A stretch of DNA of 64,000 nt from an uncultured Verrucomicrobiae bacterium (GCA_963836755.1 CAWIKF010000002.1:640001-704000), one strand, 5' to 3'. Shown: positions 1 through 11,875, counted from the stretch's first letter. The notes: a model not told the origin generated them from the letters alone. Program-made: numbers and translations.

Positions 1-1
1 G

Positions 2-1012
2 GATAACTCCGAGCAATCCACCGACATCTGGCTTTGGTATAGCTTCCTCCGCAGCGGGCGCGCGGACATTTTCCGTTTTGCGGAAGCAATGACGCGCCAC
101 ACCGGCGAAGTCGATGTCTATCACCTCGGGCGCTTCGCCGGCCTCGGCACTCGGCACGGCGTGGTGCCATGGGGCGACAGCTCAAAACAATTGCGCGTCA
201 GCACCGCGGAGAATCGCCGCTTTTTCTACTACCTCACCGCCGACGAACGCGTCGGCGACTTGATGCGCGACGAACTCCATGCCGACGTCAAAGCAGGCGA
301 AGTCCCCGTGGAAAGAAAAGTCGAGAAGGAGATGTCCGTCGTCAACGGCAAGCCATATCCGATGAACTTCCTCATCGGCATCGAGTGGACCTCCATTGCC
401 TCCGCGTGGCTCACCGAATGGGAGCGCACCGGCGACCTCACCTACCGCGACAGACTCGTCACCGGCATGAAAAGCATCGCCGCCCTCCCGCACGCGCTCT
501 TCTCCGGCGGCGGCGGCTACGACCCGGCCACCGGCCGGTTCTACACGCGCGACGACAAATTTTACGCCTCGCCGCTGAGCACCTCCTTCGGCGCGTTTGA
601 GGTCAACGCCGAGCTCCTCCAGCTCCTCGACGTCCCCGCCTACGCGAAAGCGTGGATCGATTATTGCAAATACTACAACGCCACGGGCGAGGAACAGCTC
701 CAGGCCATCGGCAAAAAGCTTGCGCCCCTTTACCTCACACAGGCGCACGCTCGGCTGACCGCCTACGCCGCGTGGAAGACCCACGACAAAGCTCTCGCCC
801 AGCGCGCGTGGGACGAATTCTTCTCTGGCGCCGGCGGAGGCATGAAACTTTTCACACAGCCGTATCCGTTGCATCATCTGACCGGCCCCGCCGTCGCGGA
901 ACCGATCGATGAGCTCGACGTCTCCACGAACATGACCGTCGGCTTCGGCCTCAGCGCCATCGACTGCCTCGGCCTCATCGGCGACGATCTGCCCGAAAAA
1001 CTTTCCCCCTGA
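2..1012 (+). CDS. C-terminal part of a YetA/PL26-like (exo-rhamnogalacturonan lyase family) alpha/alpha-barrel protein, 5'-truncated by the window edge
   Basis: Frame is open from nt 2 (DNSEQSTDIWLWYSFLRSGRADIFRFAEAMTRHTGEVDVYH...GLGTRHGV..WGD). I recognise this block from YetA/PcRGLX-like proteins. Stop is TGA at 1010-1012. Confidence 0.7.
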   Translation, partial: DNSEQSTDIWLWYSFLRSGRADIFRFAEAMTRHTGEVDVYHLGRFAGLGTRHGVVPWGDSSKQLRVSTAENRRFFYYLTADERVGDLMRDELHADVKAGEVPVERKVEKEMSVVNGKPYPMNFLIGIEWTSIASAWLTEWERTGDLTYRDRLVTGMKSIAALPHALFSGGGGYDPATGRFYTRDDKFYASPLSTSFGAFEVNAELLQLLDVPAYAKAWIDYCKYYNATGEEQLQAIGKKLAPLYLTQAHARLTAYAAWKTHDKALAQRAWDEFFSGAGGGMKLFTQPYPLHHLTGPAVAEPIDELDVSTNMTVGFGLSAIDCLGLIGDDLPEKLSP

Positions 1013-1032
1013 CGGCAGGTCTCCGCCCGGTT

Positions 1033-1260
1033 GCGGAACCATTCTGCAAGCGTGTGACGCGCTCCGCGAGCTCGCCGAATCATTCTGCCGATGCGCGGAG
1101 CCATTCCGCAGCGGCGCCGAAGCATTCTGCGCGTGCGGAACCATCCCGGCCGGAGCGCAGAACCATTCTGGAAGCCTGCAGAACCATTCTGGAGCAATGC
1201 GGAATCACTCTGGAAGCGTGCAGAACGCTTCGGCGCGAACGCGGAATCATTCTGGGTTAA
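1033..1260. repeat. Degenerate ~21-bp tandem array, 11 units, consensus GCRGAAYCATTCTG + 7 variable nt
   Basis: Unit starts at 1033, 1054, 1074, 1095, 1116, 1135, 1157, 1178, 1199, 1220 and 1241, read directly from the sequence. Confidence 0.85.
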
Positions 1261-1464
1261 GCCGGCGCTGGAGCCTTTCCAATGATTTCTCGACGACGCC
1301 TCATCTCAAATCTCCAGGACGCCCACGAAAAGCTCAAGCGGCAAAACATCACATTTTCAACGTAAAATAACACACGAAAAGGGATGAAAAAACTGCGAAG
1401 CCTACTAATTTCCCTGCTGCCAAACGGAACTTATCTAGGAACCAATTCATTTTATCCTCCAGCT

Positions 1465-4400
1465 ATGAAAATCCCTCGTCGCGTCCCTCTCATCCTCGCC
1501 GGCTCTATCGCCGCTTTGCTTTCTGTCCAGTCCGCGAAAGCGTTCATGCCGCAGAACACGGAGGATGATGTCCAAAACGGCAGCACCGATCTCACTGCCG
1601 CCGCCTCCTACAACAATGGAGCGCCGACCTCCACCAGCGATGTCACTTTTACTAGCGTCAACTACTCGCCCGCGGCGTTCACGGTCGGTTCTGACCTGAC
1701 CATTGGCACTCTCGACGACCTTTCTTCGACGGCACTCACCATTACCCAAGGCTTCGGCGGCACCAGCACGCTCACACTCAGTGGTGGGACGAACGCAGTG
1801 GCCCCCGCTCAATTGAATCCTCCCGGCAACGCGGGCGATCTGATTTATGTAAAAACTGGAGGCAGCCTCACCATCGGCGGTGGCTCGGGAACGTTGAATC
1901 TTGCTTTGGCCAGCGATGGCAATTTCGACATCGCGGGCACGGCGACCATCAGCGCGCCCATCACCGGCACGGGGAACTTTACGAGGACGGGATTTGGAAG
2001 TCTCACGCTTTCCGGTGGAATCAACAATACTGGAACCTTCACCAACTCGGGGACCGCGCCAGCCCTCTATCCGATTTCGGGGACGGGGTTCGGTGCTGCG
2101 CCCGCCGGGACTACCTATATCAATGGCACGGTCGGCGCCAACGTGACCGGGATCGTTCAGAACGGCACCTCAGACTTGGTTCTCGGTAACCTTGGCACGA
2201 CTTACAACGCAGGCGTCACGATTCAAAACGGCGTCGTGCTATTCGGCGCCGCCGGCAATGCGCTGGGTGCCGCTGCCAACACCATTTACCTGGGCAACGC
2301 TTCGACGACTTCCAACGCGACGATGGACTTCGCGGGCAACATCGCCGGTGGCGGCAACAACAAGTCGTTCGCCAATTCCATCACGGTCGGCTCCAAGACC
2401 GGTGAAGGCGTGAATGTCATCAGTGCTTCTGACTATGGCCTGACTCTGACTGGCGCGATTACGCTGACCGGCGGCGACCTTACCCTCGCCCCCTTTAATA
2501 CCGGCAGCAGCACCATCACGGTCACCGGCGGCATCACCGGCACAGGCAATCTCTTTGTTTCCGACGTTGCCAACAAGAACTCCAACGTCGTTACCCTCAG
2601 CGGCACCGCGATCAATAACACCGGCAAGATCACCTTTAACAACGCGCCCATCAACGGGGTGCTCGGCACCGCGGCCAACACCGGCACGAACACCGTCAGC
2701 GCCAACATCGGCGCCAACGTCACGGAAGTCATCGAGGACAGCACCAACCCGCTGACCCTCTCGGGCACGAATGCCTACACCGGGCCAACCACGATCCTGC
2801 GCGGCACGATCAATGAGACCGGAGGATCGCTCAGTTCCACGACCCTGAACGTCGGCGCGGGCACGTTCAACTACTCGAAGACGGGCGGCACGCAGAACTT
2901 CACGACCACGAACCTCACTTCCGGCGCGACCATCAACAACACGATCGCTTCGACAACGCTTAACCTCGGAACGGTGAGCCGCCCGGTCGGAACCGCCGTC
3001 GATTTCGGCATCACCGGCACGGTCAACATCGTCAACGCCAACACCGGCAACACCATCCTCGGCGGCTGGGCCACGACCGGCGGCGGCGCGAACTGGGCCG
3101 TCAGTGGTGGCAACGGGGCCACGGCCGGGCCGATTACCGCCCTGACCACCTACACCCCATCCGTGGCCGGCACCACGTCACCCGGGGCGAGCGCGGATGT
3201 CGATTTCCAGGAAAGCAACACCACTGCATATACTGATCAGACCATCAACAGCCTGAGGTTTAACACGGGGGCCAACACCGCCCTTACACTCTCGGGCGCG
3301 AACGTCATCACGACGGGCGGCATCCTCGTTACGAACCTCGGCAATTTCGCCTCGACGATCACCGGCGGGACGCTCGAAGGCTCGTCAGGCGGGGATCTGA
3401 TCGCTAATGTGTGGAACACGAGCAATTCGCTGACCATCTCGTCGGTCATTGCCAACAACACCACCGCCACCACGTTCACCAAGGCGGGTCCGGGGTTGGT
3501 GACTCTGAGCGGGCCCAACACTTACACTGGCGGCACCTACATCAGCGGCGGCACGCTCGCGGTGACCGCGGACAATAATCTCGGCGGGGCAGGCACCATC
3601 ACGCTCAACGGCGGCACCCTCCAGGATAATGCCACGAGTTTTACGCTGGCGTCCAACCATACCTTGAGCATCGGCAGCAGTGGCGGCGGCATCTCTTCCA
3701 CTAATAACGGCTTTAACAAAGCCATAATCCTCGGGACCACAAATCAATTGACCGGGAGCGGCACGCTCACTTTAAACAACACGACAAAGGCTGATAGCAG
3801 CTCACTCGTCGTGAGCGCTTCGCAGAGCGGCTTCACTGGTAACATCGTAATCAATAAGGGCCGGCTCGAATTAAACACCAACGGCGTCACCTCACCTCTG
3901 GGTAGTGGCACAATCACCATTGTCTCTGGCGCCACGCTCGGTGTTTCCATTATCTCCAACTCGAATTCCGGCAACACCATCACGAACACGATCTACGTGG
4001 CTGGGACCGGCGACAACGGCGCAATTCATAGCAAGGCGGCGGGTGGAACGACCAATACTTTTAGCGGCCCGATCATTCTCACAGGGAACGCGAGCGTCTA
4101 TGACGACGTGAATAGCACCAGTATCACGGCTTTCAGTGGTGGCATCTCCGGCCCTTACACGCTGACGCTCAGCGGGAGTGGCAGTTATCTCCTGAGTGGT
4201 GTCAATACGCAATCCGCGCTCACCCTGAACAACAACGGCGGCACGACCCAGCTCAGCGGCGGCTGGCACCCTGGGGGCGCCGAACGTCACCCTTAACTTT
4301 AGCCAGAACAGCGCCAAGCTCGACCTCAACGGCACCAATCAGACGATTGGGACGATCAACAACAACACCGCCACGATCCTCAATAACGGTAGCTCCGACA

Positions 4401-5419
4401 GCGTCATGACGATTAACGGCGGTGCCACGACCGCGACCGTCTTCAAAGATGGAACCACCAACAAGCTTGGACTCACCGTCGGAGGCGGCACGCTCGCCCT
4501 ATCCGGGGCCAGCACCTACACCGGTTCGACAACCGTCCTCGCAGGCACCCTGCAGGCCGGTGTGGCCACGGTCGGCGGAGCCACCCCGACATCGGGTGCC
4601 TTTGGCAAGAATTCAGCCGTCACCCTCAACGGCGGCGCGACGCTGGACTTGAAAGGTTTCGACGAGACCATCGGCTCGCTTTCTGACAACAGCGGTTCCG
4701 GCGGCACGGTTACCAGTTCCGTCGCCGGCACGCCCACCTTGACTGTCGGTGGCCTGAACACCGACACTTCGTTTGCCGGCATCATCCAGAACGGCTCGGC
4801 CACGTCGGTCGCCTTAACCAAGATTGGCAGCGGCACGCAGACCCTCTCCGGCGTGAACACCTACACCGGCGACACGAACATCAACGGCGGCAACCTGATC
4901 GTCTCCGGCTCGATCGCAGGCGCGGTGAATGTAAACAGCGGCGGCACCCTCGGAGCGGGGAGCGGCACCATCGGTGGCGTCACCACCGTTGAGACAAACG
5001 GCACGCTCTACCCCGGCGTAACCACCAGCACCACGCACCCATTGACCTTGAACAACAACGTCGCCTTTCAGGATGGCAGCACTTACAAGATCAACCTCGA
5101 CGGCAGCGGCAACTCAGACCTGCTCTCCATCACTGGTGGCCTCACCCTCGGCAGCAACGACACGCTGACCTTGAACTTGATTAGCGGTTCCCTCTCGGGC
5201 ACCTACACAATCGCGACTTTCACCGCCGGAGAGACCGGGACCTTTGCCAACGTCGATCCGCAAATCGCCGCCAACAGCTACCACGTTGTCTATGGACCGA
5301 CTTCCATTCAACTGGAAGCCGTGCCCGAGCCGGGCACGTGGGCGATGATGCTTGGCGGGTTTGGCACGCTGATTGTCTTCCAGCGCGGACGCCGCCGGAA
5401 GATGGCCCGCGTGAGCTAA
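1465..5419 (+). CDS. PEP-CTERM-anchored autotransporter-associated beta-strand repeat protein (about 1317 aa if one +1 insertion at ~4261 is removed)
   Basis: Signal peptide MKIPRRVPLILAGSIAALLSVQSAKA. Many LTKxGxGxLTLSGxNTYTGxT passenger repeats. C-terminal VPEPGTWAMM + TM + basic tail. ORFs 1384-4296 and 4406-5419 join seamlessly (QLSG-A-GTLGAPNVTLNFSQNSAKLDLNG) after deleting one G at 4261-4262. Confidence 0.85.
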
Positions 5420-5737
5420 AGCGAAATCACCAGCACTTAAAAAAAGTTTCGCCGCAGTGTTCTAGGACGCCACAGTCATTGATGTCATTCACAAGTTGGT
5501 AAAAATACCGGTCTTGATAAAGGAGTTCCAGTCGCTTTTCTTTGAGACTATTAGACCAAAATATAGGGGAAAAGCTGTTTCCTTTTTGAATGAAAACAAA
5601 ACTCACAAGCGCAAAAAATCACAGCCGCAAGCGTCAAATGGCACATGAAAAAAGATGAAATGGACCATTTGGCTCTCTAATTTCCATACACCGAACGCAA
5701 CCTTTTGCGCAGAGGCTTTCGTCTCTCCCTCAAAATA

Positions 5738-8159
5738 ATGAAAAGCACCCGTCGTCGCACCTCCTTAATTCTCGCAGGCTCGATCGCAGCTTTGTTCGCT
5801 GTCCACTCCGCGCAAGCCAACACCGAGGATGATGTCATCAATGGCCAGTCTGACCTGACGCTATCCACCACTTATACAGGCGGATTGCCCGGCACCACCA
5901 GCGACGTCACCTTTACATCGCAGTCATACGCCCCTGCGATGTTTACCGTTCCTTCAAATCTCAGCATCGGCACCTTGGATGATCTGGCCACAAACGCTCT
6001 GACCATTACCGGGGGCGGGAACTCCACCACCCTGACTCTCAATGGCGGTGCAAACTCCGTGTCCGGGGCCAACGCAGCGGATTTGATCTACGTCCAAACC
6101 TCCGATTTCACGATCGGGGATGCTGTTGCACCCACCATGGGCCTGGCCTTGGCTGCCTCTGGAAATTTCGACATCGCGGCGGGCACCACCACGATCAACT
6201 CGGTGATCTCCGATAGCGGCGGCGGCTTCACCAAGACGGGTGCGGGCGCGCTTGTGCTCACTGCCGCTGATACCTACACCGGCACCACGAAAATCGCCGC
6301 CGGCACTCTCACGCTCAGCGGTGGGAATGACCGTCTGCTCAACACCGGCACCGTCAACTTCACGGGCAGCAGCACGCTAAACCTCAACGGGCCCATCAGT
6401 CAGACGCTGGCAAACCTCACGGTCGCCAATGGTGTCACCGGCACCGTCACTGGGGCCACCGGCACGCTCACAGTCACCGGCGCGTCGATGAGCATCGGCG
6501 GCACCGCCACCAATACCACGCAGACGCTGGATTTATCCGGGCTGGGAACCTTTAACTACAACAACTCTGCCGGAAACTTCTATGTGGGCGGGACACTTAC
6601 CACTGGCAATGCCACCCAAACGGGCACCGTCAAGTTGGCCCCAACCAGCACGATCACCGCCTCGACCGTTGGAGTGGGCAGCATCGGCGGCGGTAACGGG
6701 AACGGGTTCTCGAGTCAGGGAACACTCACCTTGGGCACCACTGCCACGATTAACGCCGATACCATCACGCTCGGCGCCAACCTAGCCAAAGGCACGATCA
6801 ATTACGCCAGTGGCACCACCAACCCGATGCTCACGCTTCGCGGAAGCACCGGCGGCAGCAGCCGCGTCACCAACCTAGTGATCGGCCAGAGTGCGGGATT
6901 TACGAATACGGAAAGCTCTACGGTCGATCTCACCACCAACGTGACCCGGCACGAGCACCCTCGACGCGAAGATCATGACCTTGACCATCGGCAACTTTAC
7001 GCGCACAACCAACCCTTCAGCTTCTCCCACTACGAATGGCACGCTTCTGATGGGCGGCGGGACGCTCGACGCCACCACGATCATTCTTGGTCAGAACGCG
7101 GCCGGCCCCACCAGCGGCACCGCTACGACGAACGGCACCCTGACGATAGGCGCCACCTCGGCCGGCGCCGGCACCGTCAAGGTGCAGACTTTGTCTCTGG
7201 GCAATCAGAACCTCAGTGTAGCCACCAACAAGGTCACCGGGACTTTTAACCTCAATGGCGGAGCAAATCTCTACGCGGGAAGCATTGATAAAGGCACCGG
7301 CACCGGAACCGGAGCGGCCACCCGCACCTTCAACTGGAACGACGGCACGATACACAACTATGACGCCAGCACGGACCTGACGATCAACGACCTCGGCTCT
7401 ACCGGTGCCACCAGCACCTTCGCCCTGCTGGGCGCGGGGGCGCATACCTTCAATATCGACGCCAGCCGGCAGGGAACCGTCGCCCAGATCATCAGCAACG
7501 CCGGCGGCCTCACGAAAGCGGGGCTGGGTGTCCTTGCGCTTTCCGGCGCGAACACCTACGCCGGCGGCACGATGGTCATGGCCGGCACGCTGCAGGCTGG
7601 CAATGCGGGCGCGCTCGGCACAGGTGTTGTAAACATCGGCGATGCGAGTCCCAGCGGCAGTGGCAAACTTCAGGGCACTGTGGCCGCCGTCAACATCGGT
7701 GGCGACTTGAACCTCTACAGCGGCACCTTGGACATCCGGGATGTCGGGGCGGGCCAGTTCACGCTGGCTTCCAACAAGTCCTTCTTAATGAACACGGGCA
7801 CCACGTGGAACCTCAACCTCACTGACACCGCCACCTACGATCGCATCCTCGGTTCCGGCGGGAGCAGCATCTTCGACATCGAAGGAGGCACCCTCGACCT
7901 CACCGGCAGCACGCTCGCCGCAGGCAACTACACCATCCTTTCCGGTTTTGGCTTCGGCACTGGCAACTTCAGTGCGATCACCGGCTACGATATGTCCGCC
8001 TACACTGTCAGCTTTGACGATAACACCACTCCAGGTGCTGGCATCCTCACAGTCATGGCCGTTCCCGAGGCGAACACATGGGCGATGATGCTCGGCGGGT
8101 TTGGCACGCTGATTGTCTTCCAGCGCGGACGCCGCCGGAAGATGGTCCGCGTGAGCTAA
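5738..8159 (+). CDS. Second PEP-CTERM-type (VPEA variant) beta-strand repeat protein (about 806 aa if one +1 insertion at 6945-6947 is removed)
   Basis: Signal peptide MKSTRRRTSLILAGSIAALFAVHSAQA. Same N-terminal NTEDDV..G..DLT block as the upstream paralogue. Passenger repeats. Ends VPEANTWAMM + TM + RRRK. ORFs 5705-7249 and 6975-8159 join (TTNVT-GTSTLDAKIMTLTIG) after deleting one C. Confidence 0.85.
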
Positions 8160-8176
8160 AGCGAAATTAACACTAA

Positions 8177-8229
8177 AAACAAAGTTCGTTCGCCGCAGTG
8201 TTTCAAGGACGCTGCGGCGAATTTTGTTT
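8177..8229. terminator. Bidirectional rho-independent terminator between convergent genes
   Basis: Stem TTCGCCGCAGTGT / ACGCTGCGGCGAA (8189-8221), flanked by AAACAAA and TTTGTTT. Confidence 0.75.
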
Positions 8230-8243
8230 GATTCGAGCGATGC

Positions 8244-9254
8244 TTATGCCATGCGACCGTGCCCGTCGCGATAGGCCGGGTGCGCGTAATCCACGGAATG
8301 CGCGAACGCGGTCGCCCCGGAGAAACGTCCCTCCAGCTCGCTGATGCGGTCTTTGTTCATCTTGGTGAAAGTCGCGGCGATCTTCGCGTTTTCCTGCACG
8401 TCGCTGACTTTCGTGATGCCGCTGACCACTGCAGTCACGGGTGAAGAAAGGGCGTAGCCGAGCGCTTCCGCGGCGGTGATTTTACCTTCATTGACCAGCG
8501 GGCCCTTGCCGCCGCCCATTGTTTTCATCGCGAGCGGAGCGATCCCCCGCTTCACCGCCTCGGGAAGAACTTTGTCGTGGAAACCTTTGCCGTGCAGAGC
8601 GTCGAGCGGATTGATCGGCATCTGCACGGAATCGAATGGAAAACCGCGGGTGATCATGGCGAGATGCACGTCGGGATCGGAATGGCCGGTGAAGCCGATG
8701 AAGCGGACTTTGCCCTGCTTTTGCGCCTCGGTCAGCGCCTCGAGCGTTCCGCCGGGCGAGTAGGCGAGATCGACCTGCGCCATCGATTCGAGCGCGTGGA
8801 GTTGCCACAGATCGAGGTGGTCGGTGCGAAGGCGCCGCAGCGAATCCTCCAGCATCTGCATGGCGCGCGCTTTGCCGAGGTTCATGTGGTTGCTGCAAAC
8901 TTTCGTCATCAGGAAAATTTTGTCGCGCTTGCCTTCGATGAGTTTTCCCATCAGCTCCTCGGCCTTGCCGTCAAAGTATTCCCAGCAGTTGTCGAAAAAG
9001 TTGACGCCGTGCGCGAGCGCGGCATCGACGATCTTTGGCGCTTCTTCATCGCTCGCCATGCGCAACGCGTGACCGCCGAGTGCGAGCGAGGAGACGGTGA
9101 AATCATGACGACCAAACTTTCGGCGCGGCACTTGGAAATTCTCGGGATTTTTGGCGGTTTCATCCGCGCGGAGGCGGCCCGACATTAGCACTCCGGCGCT
9201 TGCGACGCCGAGTTTCTTCAGAAATTGCCTGCGGTCGTGCTCGGAGTTTTCCAT
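8244..9254 (-). CDS. Tat-exported aldo/keto reductase family protein
   Basis: Twin-arginine motif DRRQFLK. AKR motifs GVNFFDNCWEY, SLRRLRTDHLDLWQLH and GKVRFIGFTGH. Confidence 0.85.
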   Translation of the reverse strand: MENSEHDRRQFLKKLGVASAGVLMSGRLRADETAKNPENFQVPRRKFGRHDFTVSSLALGGHALRMASDEEAPKIVDAALAHGVNFFDNCWEYFDGKAEELMGKLIEGKRDKIFLMTKVCSNHMNLGKARAMQMLEDSLRRLRTDHLDLWQLHALESMAQVDLAYSPGGTLEALTEAQKQGKVRFIGFTGHSDPDVHLAMITRGFPFDSVQMPINPLDALHGKGFHDKVLPEAVKRGIAPLAMKTMGGGKGPLVNEGKITAAEALGYALSSPVTAVVSGITKVSDVQENAKIAATFTKMNKDRISELEGRFSGATAFAHSVDYAHPAYRDGHGRMA

Positions 9255-9308
9255 GGTAAAAGGAGGTTCGTAGCCGGTGCGCTTCGCGGGCGCATTGGCA
9301 GAAATCAG

Positions 9309-11435
9309 CTAGTCGGCAGAAACTTTGACGCCATCGCTCGAGGCAGTGAGCGTGTGCAATTTTCCGCCGAAGCTGACTTTGGAAAGCGTGCCGTGGAAGG
9401 GCCGCGAAGTCTGTGGGTCGACGAGCATTTGCTTGCTGTCGATGGACGGTTCGAAGCCGAAGAAAGTGTTGATGACGACGTCGGCGAAGGCGGCGCCGCT
9501 GATGCATTCTTTCATGCAGCCGCCGCGCAATGCGACGCGGACGGGCGCGTTGTAGTCCTTGATGTCGGGGCCGTAAAATTCACGCGCTTGCGCGAAAGGA
9601 CCTTCCTTTGTGACGACGGCGGTGCGGCAGTAAAAATCGAATGCATCCTTCGGGTCGCCGAGCCGCCACATCGCGCCGATCGTCAGCGGGATCCAGCCAT
9701 CGTATGCGCCCATCGGGCTGTGGTCGGGCCGATTCGAATGCTGCGCAGAGGCGTCCTGCCAGCTCATCGCGCGCATCCAATCCCGCGTAAAGAGTTCGCG
9801 TTTGACGAAGGCATTCATCTCCGACTTTTGCGTGGCATTGAGATCGTGGTCGAGCGCGTTGCCGACGTAGATGAAATCGACGCAATGCCGCAGATCGACG
9901 AGCGTGCCGTCGAGGTGGTAGGCATTCCAGACGCCGTCGCCTTTTTTATAAAGACCGAGGACTGCCGGCAAAAGGGCCGCGGCCTTCGCCTGCAGTTCTT
10001 GCGCGCGCGCCGCTTCGCCGTGAAGCGCGTGCCATTGCGCCATCTGCCGCATCATCCACACATCCTGCGCGTGGAGCGAGGCGACGCAGTTGATATATTC
10101 GGGAGCGCATTCGAGGAGGTTGCCGTTTCCGCCGTAATCGACGAGGCCGTGCGGGCCTTTCGGCAGCGTCTCCCAATCAGTCGCAAAGGCGTCCATGCGC
10201 TCGAGCACAGTCTGGTCATCCTCGAGTTTTTCGTCAAGAAACGCACGGTCGCCGGTGATGCGGAGATAGGTGTCGGCGGTTTTGAAAATCGTGCACGCGT
10301 TAAAGGAGTAGCCCATCTCCTTGTCGTAATGCTTCGCGTCAAAACCGCTCGCAGAGCCGGTGGAAGTGTGCGCGCCGCTGCGCGGATTTTGCACCAGCCA
10401 ACGGCGGAGCGTCGCCTTTAGGCCCTTCGGCTCGAGCAAAGTCCACGCGCTCGCCTGCATCGACGCATCCCAATAATATTGAATGCCGTCGCCGCGCTCG
10501 CCGCTGGTTATGAAGTCGCGCGGCGTCACGGGAAATTGCGTCCGCTCAAGGATCAGCATGGTCAGTGCGCCCATGTAGTAGTTCCGATCGAGCGCCGGGT
10601 GGTCGCTCTTGAGCACCGGCAGGTTGCCGGAAAAATGCGTGTTGCCCGGCGTGAAAGCGTCGGCCCATCGCTGCTCCCAGACATGCTGGCAAGCGTTCAT
10701 CGTCGCGTCAAAGTTCGCAGCCCATCCGGCGACTCGCTCGTCCGTCTGTGCGGCCAGCGGCGATTTTTCATCGCCAGCGACGTAACCGATCGCCGCCTTT
10801 CCGCCCGCGGGTAAATCGAGTGTCCAATTCCAGCAGACCACATCCTGCTCCGTCGTCACCGAGTCAGGTTTGCGCGACGGCCGCAGGACGGAGACGATGT
10901 TCCGCCGCTGAGTCGAATTTGCCACGCCGACGCCGTCGGGCTGCAGCACGCCCGGCACGCGCAAGGTGACAGTGACCTTTGCCGCCTTCGCGGCGGGATT
11001 GGAAACATTGACGCGGCACAGCACGCCGCGTTGCTCATTGACCATCCGCGTGTCGGATTCGATCGTAAGCCCGGCCGCATCGCGATTCCGGCGCATCGCC
11101 TTGTAGGCACACCAGCGAAACTCCGCCGCCGGATACGCCACGCCATCGACCGTCATCGTCACCAGCGGATAGCCCGGGAGCCACGGGAATGGCGCGCCCT
11201 TCACGCGCCCAAACACTCCGCCCGGATTGCAGTAAAACGAAGTCAAGTCGGGCCCGACGAGGACCATTTGATGGAAATTATGAACGTCCGGCAGATTGGC
11301 GACATCCTTCGCGGGGAGCCAGTCGCCAGCCATTTCGTCGAGCGACGGAATCGCGGGCGCATCCTTCGCCGCCGAAAGTCCAGCAGCCGTCGAAAGAGCA
11401 AGAACGAAAAGAGAAATGAAGAGGCGTTTACTCAT
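9309..11435 (-). CDS. Secreted six-hairpin (alpha/alpha)6 glycosidase-like protein (GH63/MGH1/GDE-like fold; exact family uncertain)
   Basis: Signal peptide, then an N-terminal beta domain, then YYWD, LLEC and a C-terminal AQAREF motif typical of inverting six-hairpin glycosidases. 708 aa. Confidence 0.6.
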   Translation of the reverse strand: MSKRLFISLFVLALSTAAGLSAAKDAPAIPSLDEMAGDWLPAKDVANLPDVHNFHQMVLVGPDLTSFYCNPGGVFGRVKGAPFPWLPGYPLVTMTVDGVAYPAAEFRWCAYKAMRRNRDAAGLTIESDTRMVNEQRGVLCRVNVSNPAAKAAKVTVTLRVPGVLQPDGVGVANSTQRRNIVSVLRPSRKPDSVTTEQDVVCWNWTLDLPAGGKAAIGYVAGDEKSPLAAQTDERVAGWAANFDATMNACQHVWEQRWADAFTPGNTHFSGNLPVLKSDHPALDRNYYMGALTMLILERTQFPVTPRDFITSGERGDGIQYYWDASMQASAWTLLEPKGLKATLRRWLVQNPRSGAHTSTGSASGFDAKHYDKEMGYSFNACTIFKTADTYLRITGDRAFLDEKLEDDQTVLERMDAFATDWETLPKGPHGLVDYGGNGNLLECAPEYINCVASLHAQDVWMMRQMAQWHALHGEAARAQELQAKAAALLPAVLGLYKKGDGVWNAYHLDGTLVDLRHCVDFIYVGNALDHDLNATQKSEMNAFVKRELFTRDWMRAMSWQDASAQHSNRPDHSPMGAYDGWIPLTIGAMWRLGDPKDAFDFYCRTAVVTKEGPFAQAREFYGPDIKDYNAPVRVALRGGCMKECISGAAFADVVINTFFGFEPSIDSKQMLVDPQTSRPFHGTLSKVSFGGKLHTLTASSDGVKVSAD

Positions 11436-11875
11436 TGGGGTTGGAGAGAAAGTTACTCCGCTCGACGCGTTGTCTCCAGCGGAAAAAATGGGACAACTTC
11501 TGTCTTCCTACGTCCGGTATTCACTCGTTCCCTTTGTATTCTTGCCGCATTTAGAAGAACAAAGAGCAAAGGGCGCAGCTGCTAGTATCCCGAAATGATT
11601 GCAGGAACGCGTCCCATCGTCAGACGATCGCAGGTCGCAGCCGCAGTATCACGCTGGCCCGAAATCCGGACATGACGAAGCTGCGGACGGCGGTGCGCTC
11701 CGTATAGGGATCTGGAATGTGTGTAAAGCCGGATCGGTTTTGAAAAATGATCGCAAAGAGTGAGCGAGCTAGCATCAATCCGGTCCGGGCAAATGTCCGT
11801 CGATTGCTTTGTCTCGACATTCCGCGAAACAAACTCTTAATCAAGATACTGAACGTCCCTCACGCAGATACCACC

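Noticed and set aside
1033..1260. 21-bp arrays (here and at 21560-21769) as CRISPR arrays
   Set aside because: The constant part is only about 14 nt and degenerate, the variable part is about 7 nt, and there is no leader or cas gene.
5639..5655. TGGCAC upstream of the second PEP-CTERM gene as a sigma54 promoter
   Set aside because: There is no TTGC/GC at the -12 position.
1465..8159. Classical type V autotransporters
   Set aside because: There is no C-terminal beta-barrel; the proteins end in PEP-CTERM-type sorting signals.
9225..10421. 398-aa plus-strand ORF
   Set aside because: Antisense to the 708-aa glycosidase; no recognisable domain.
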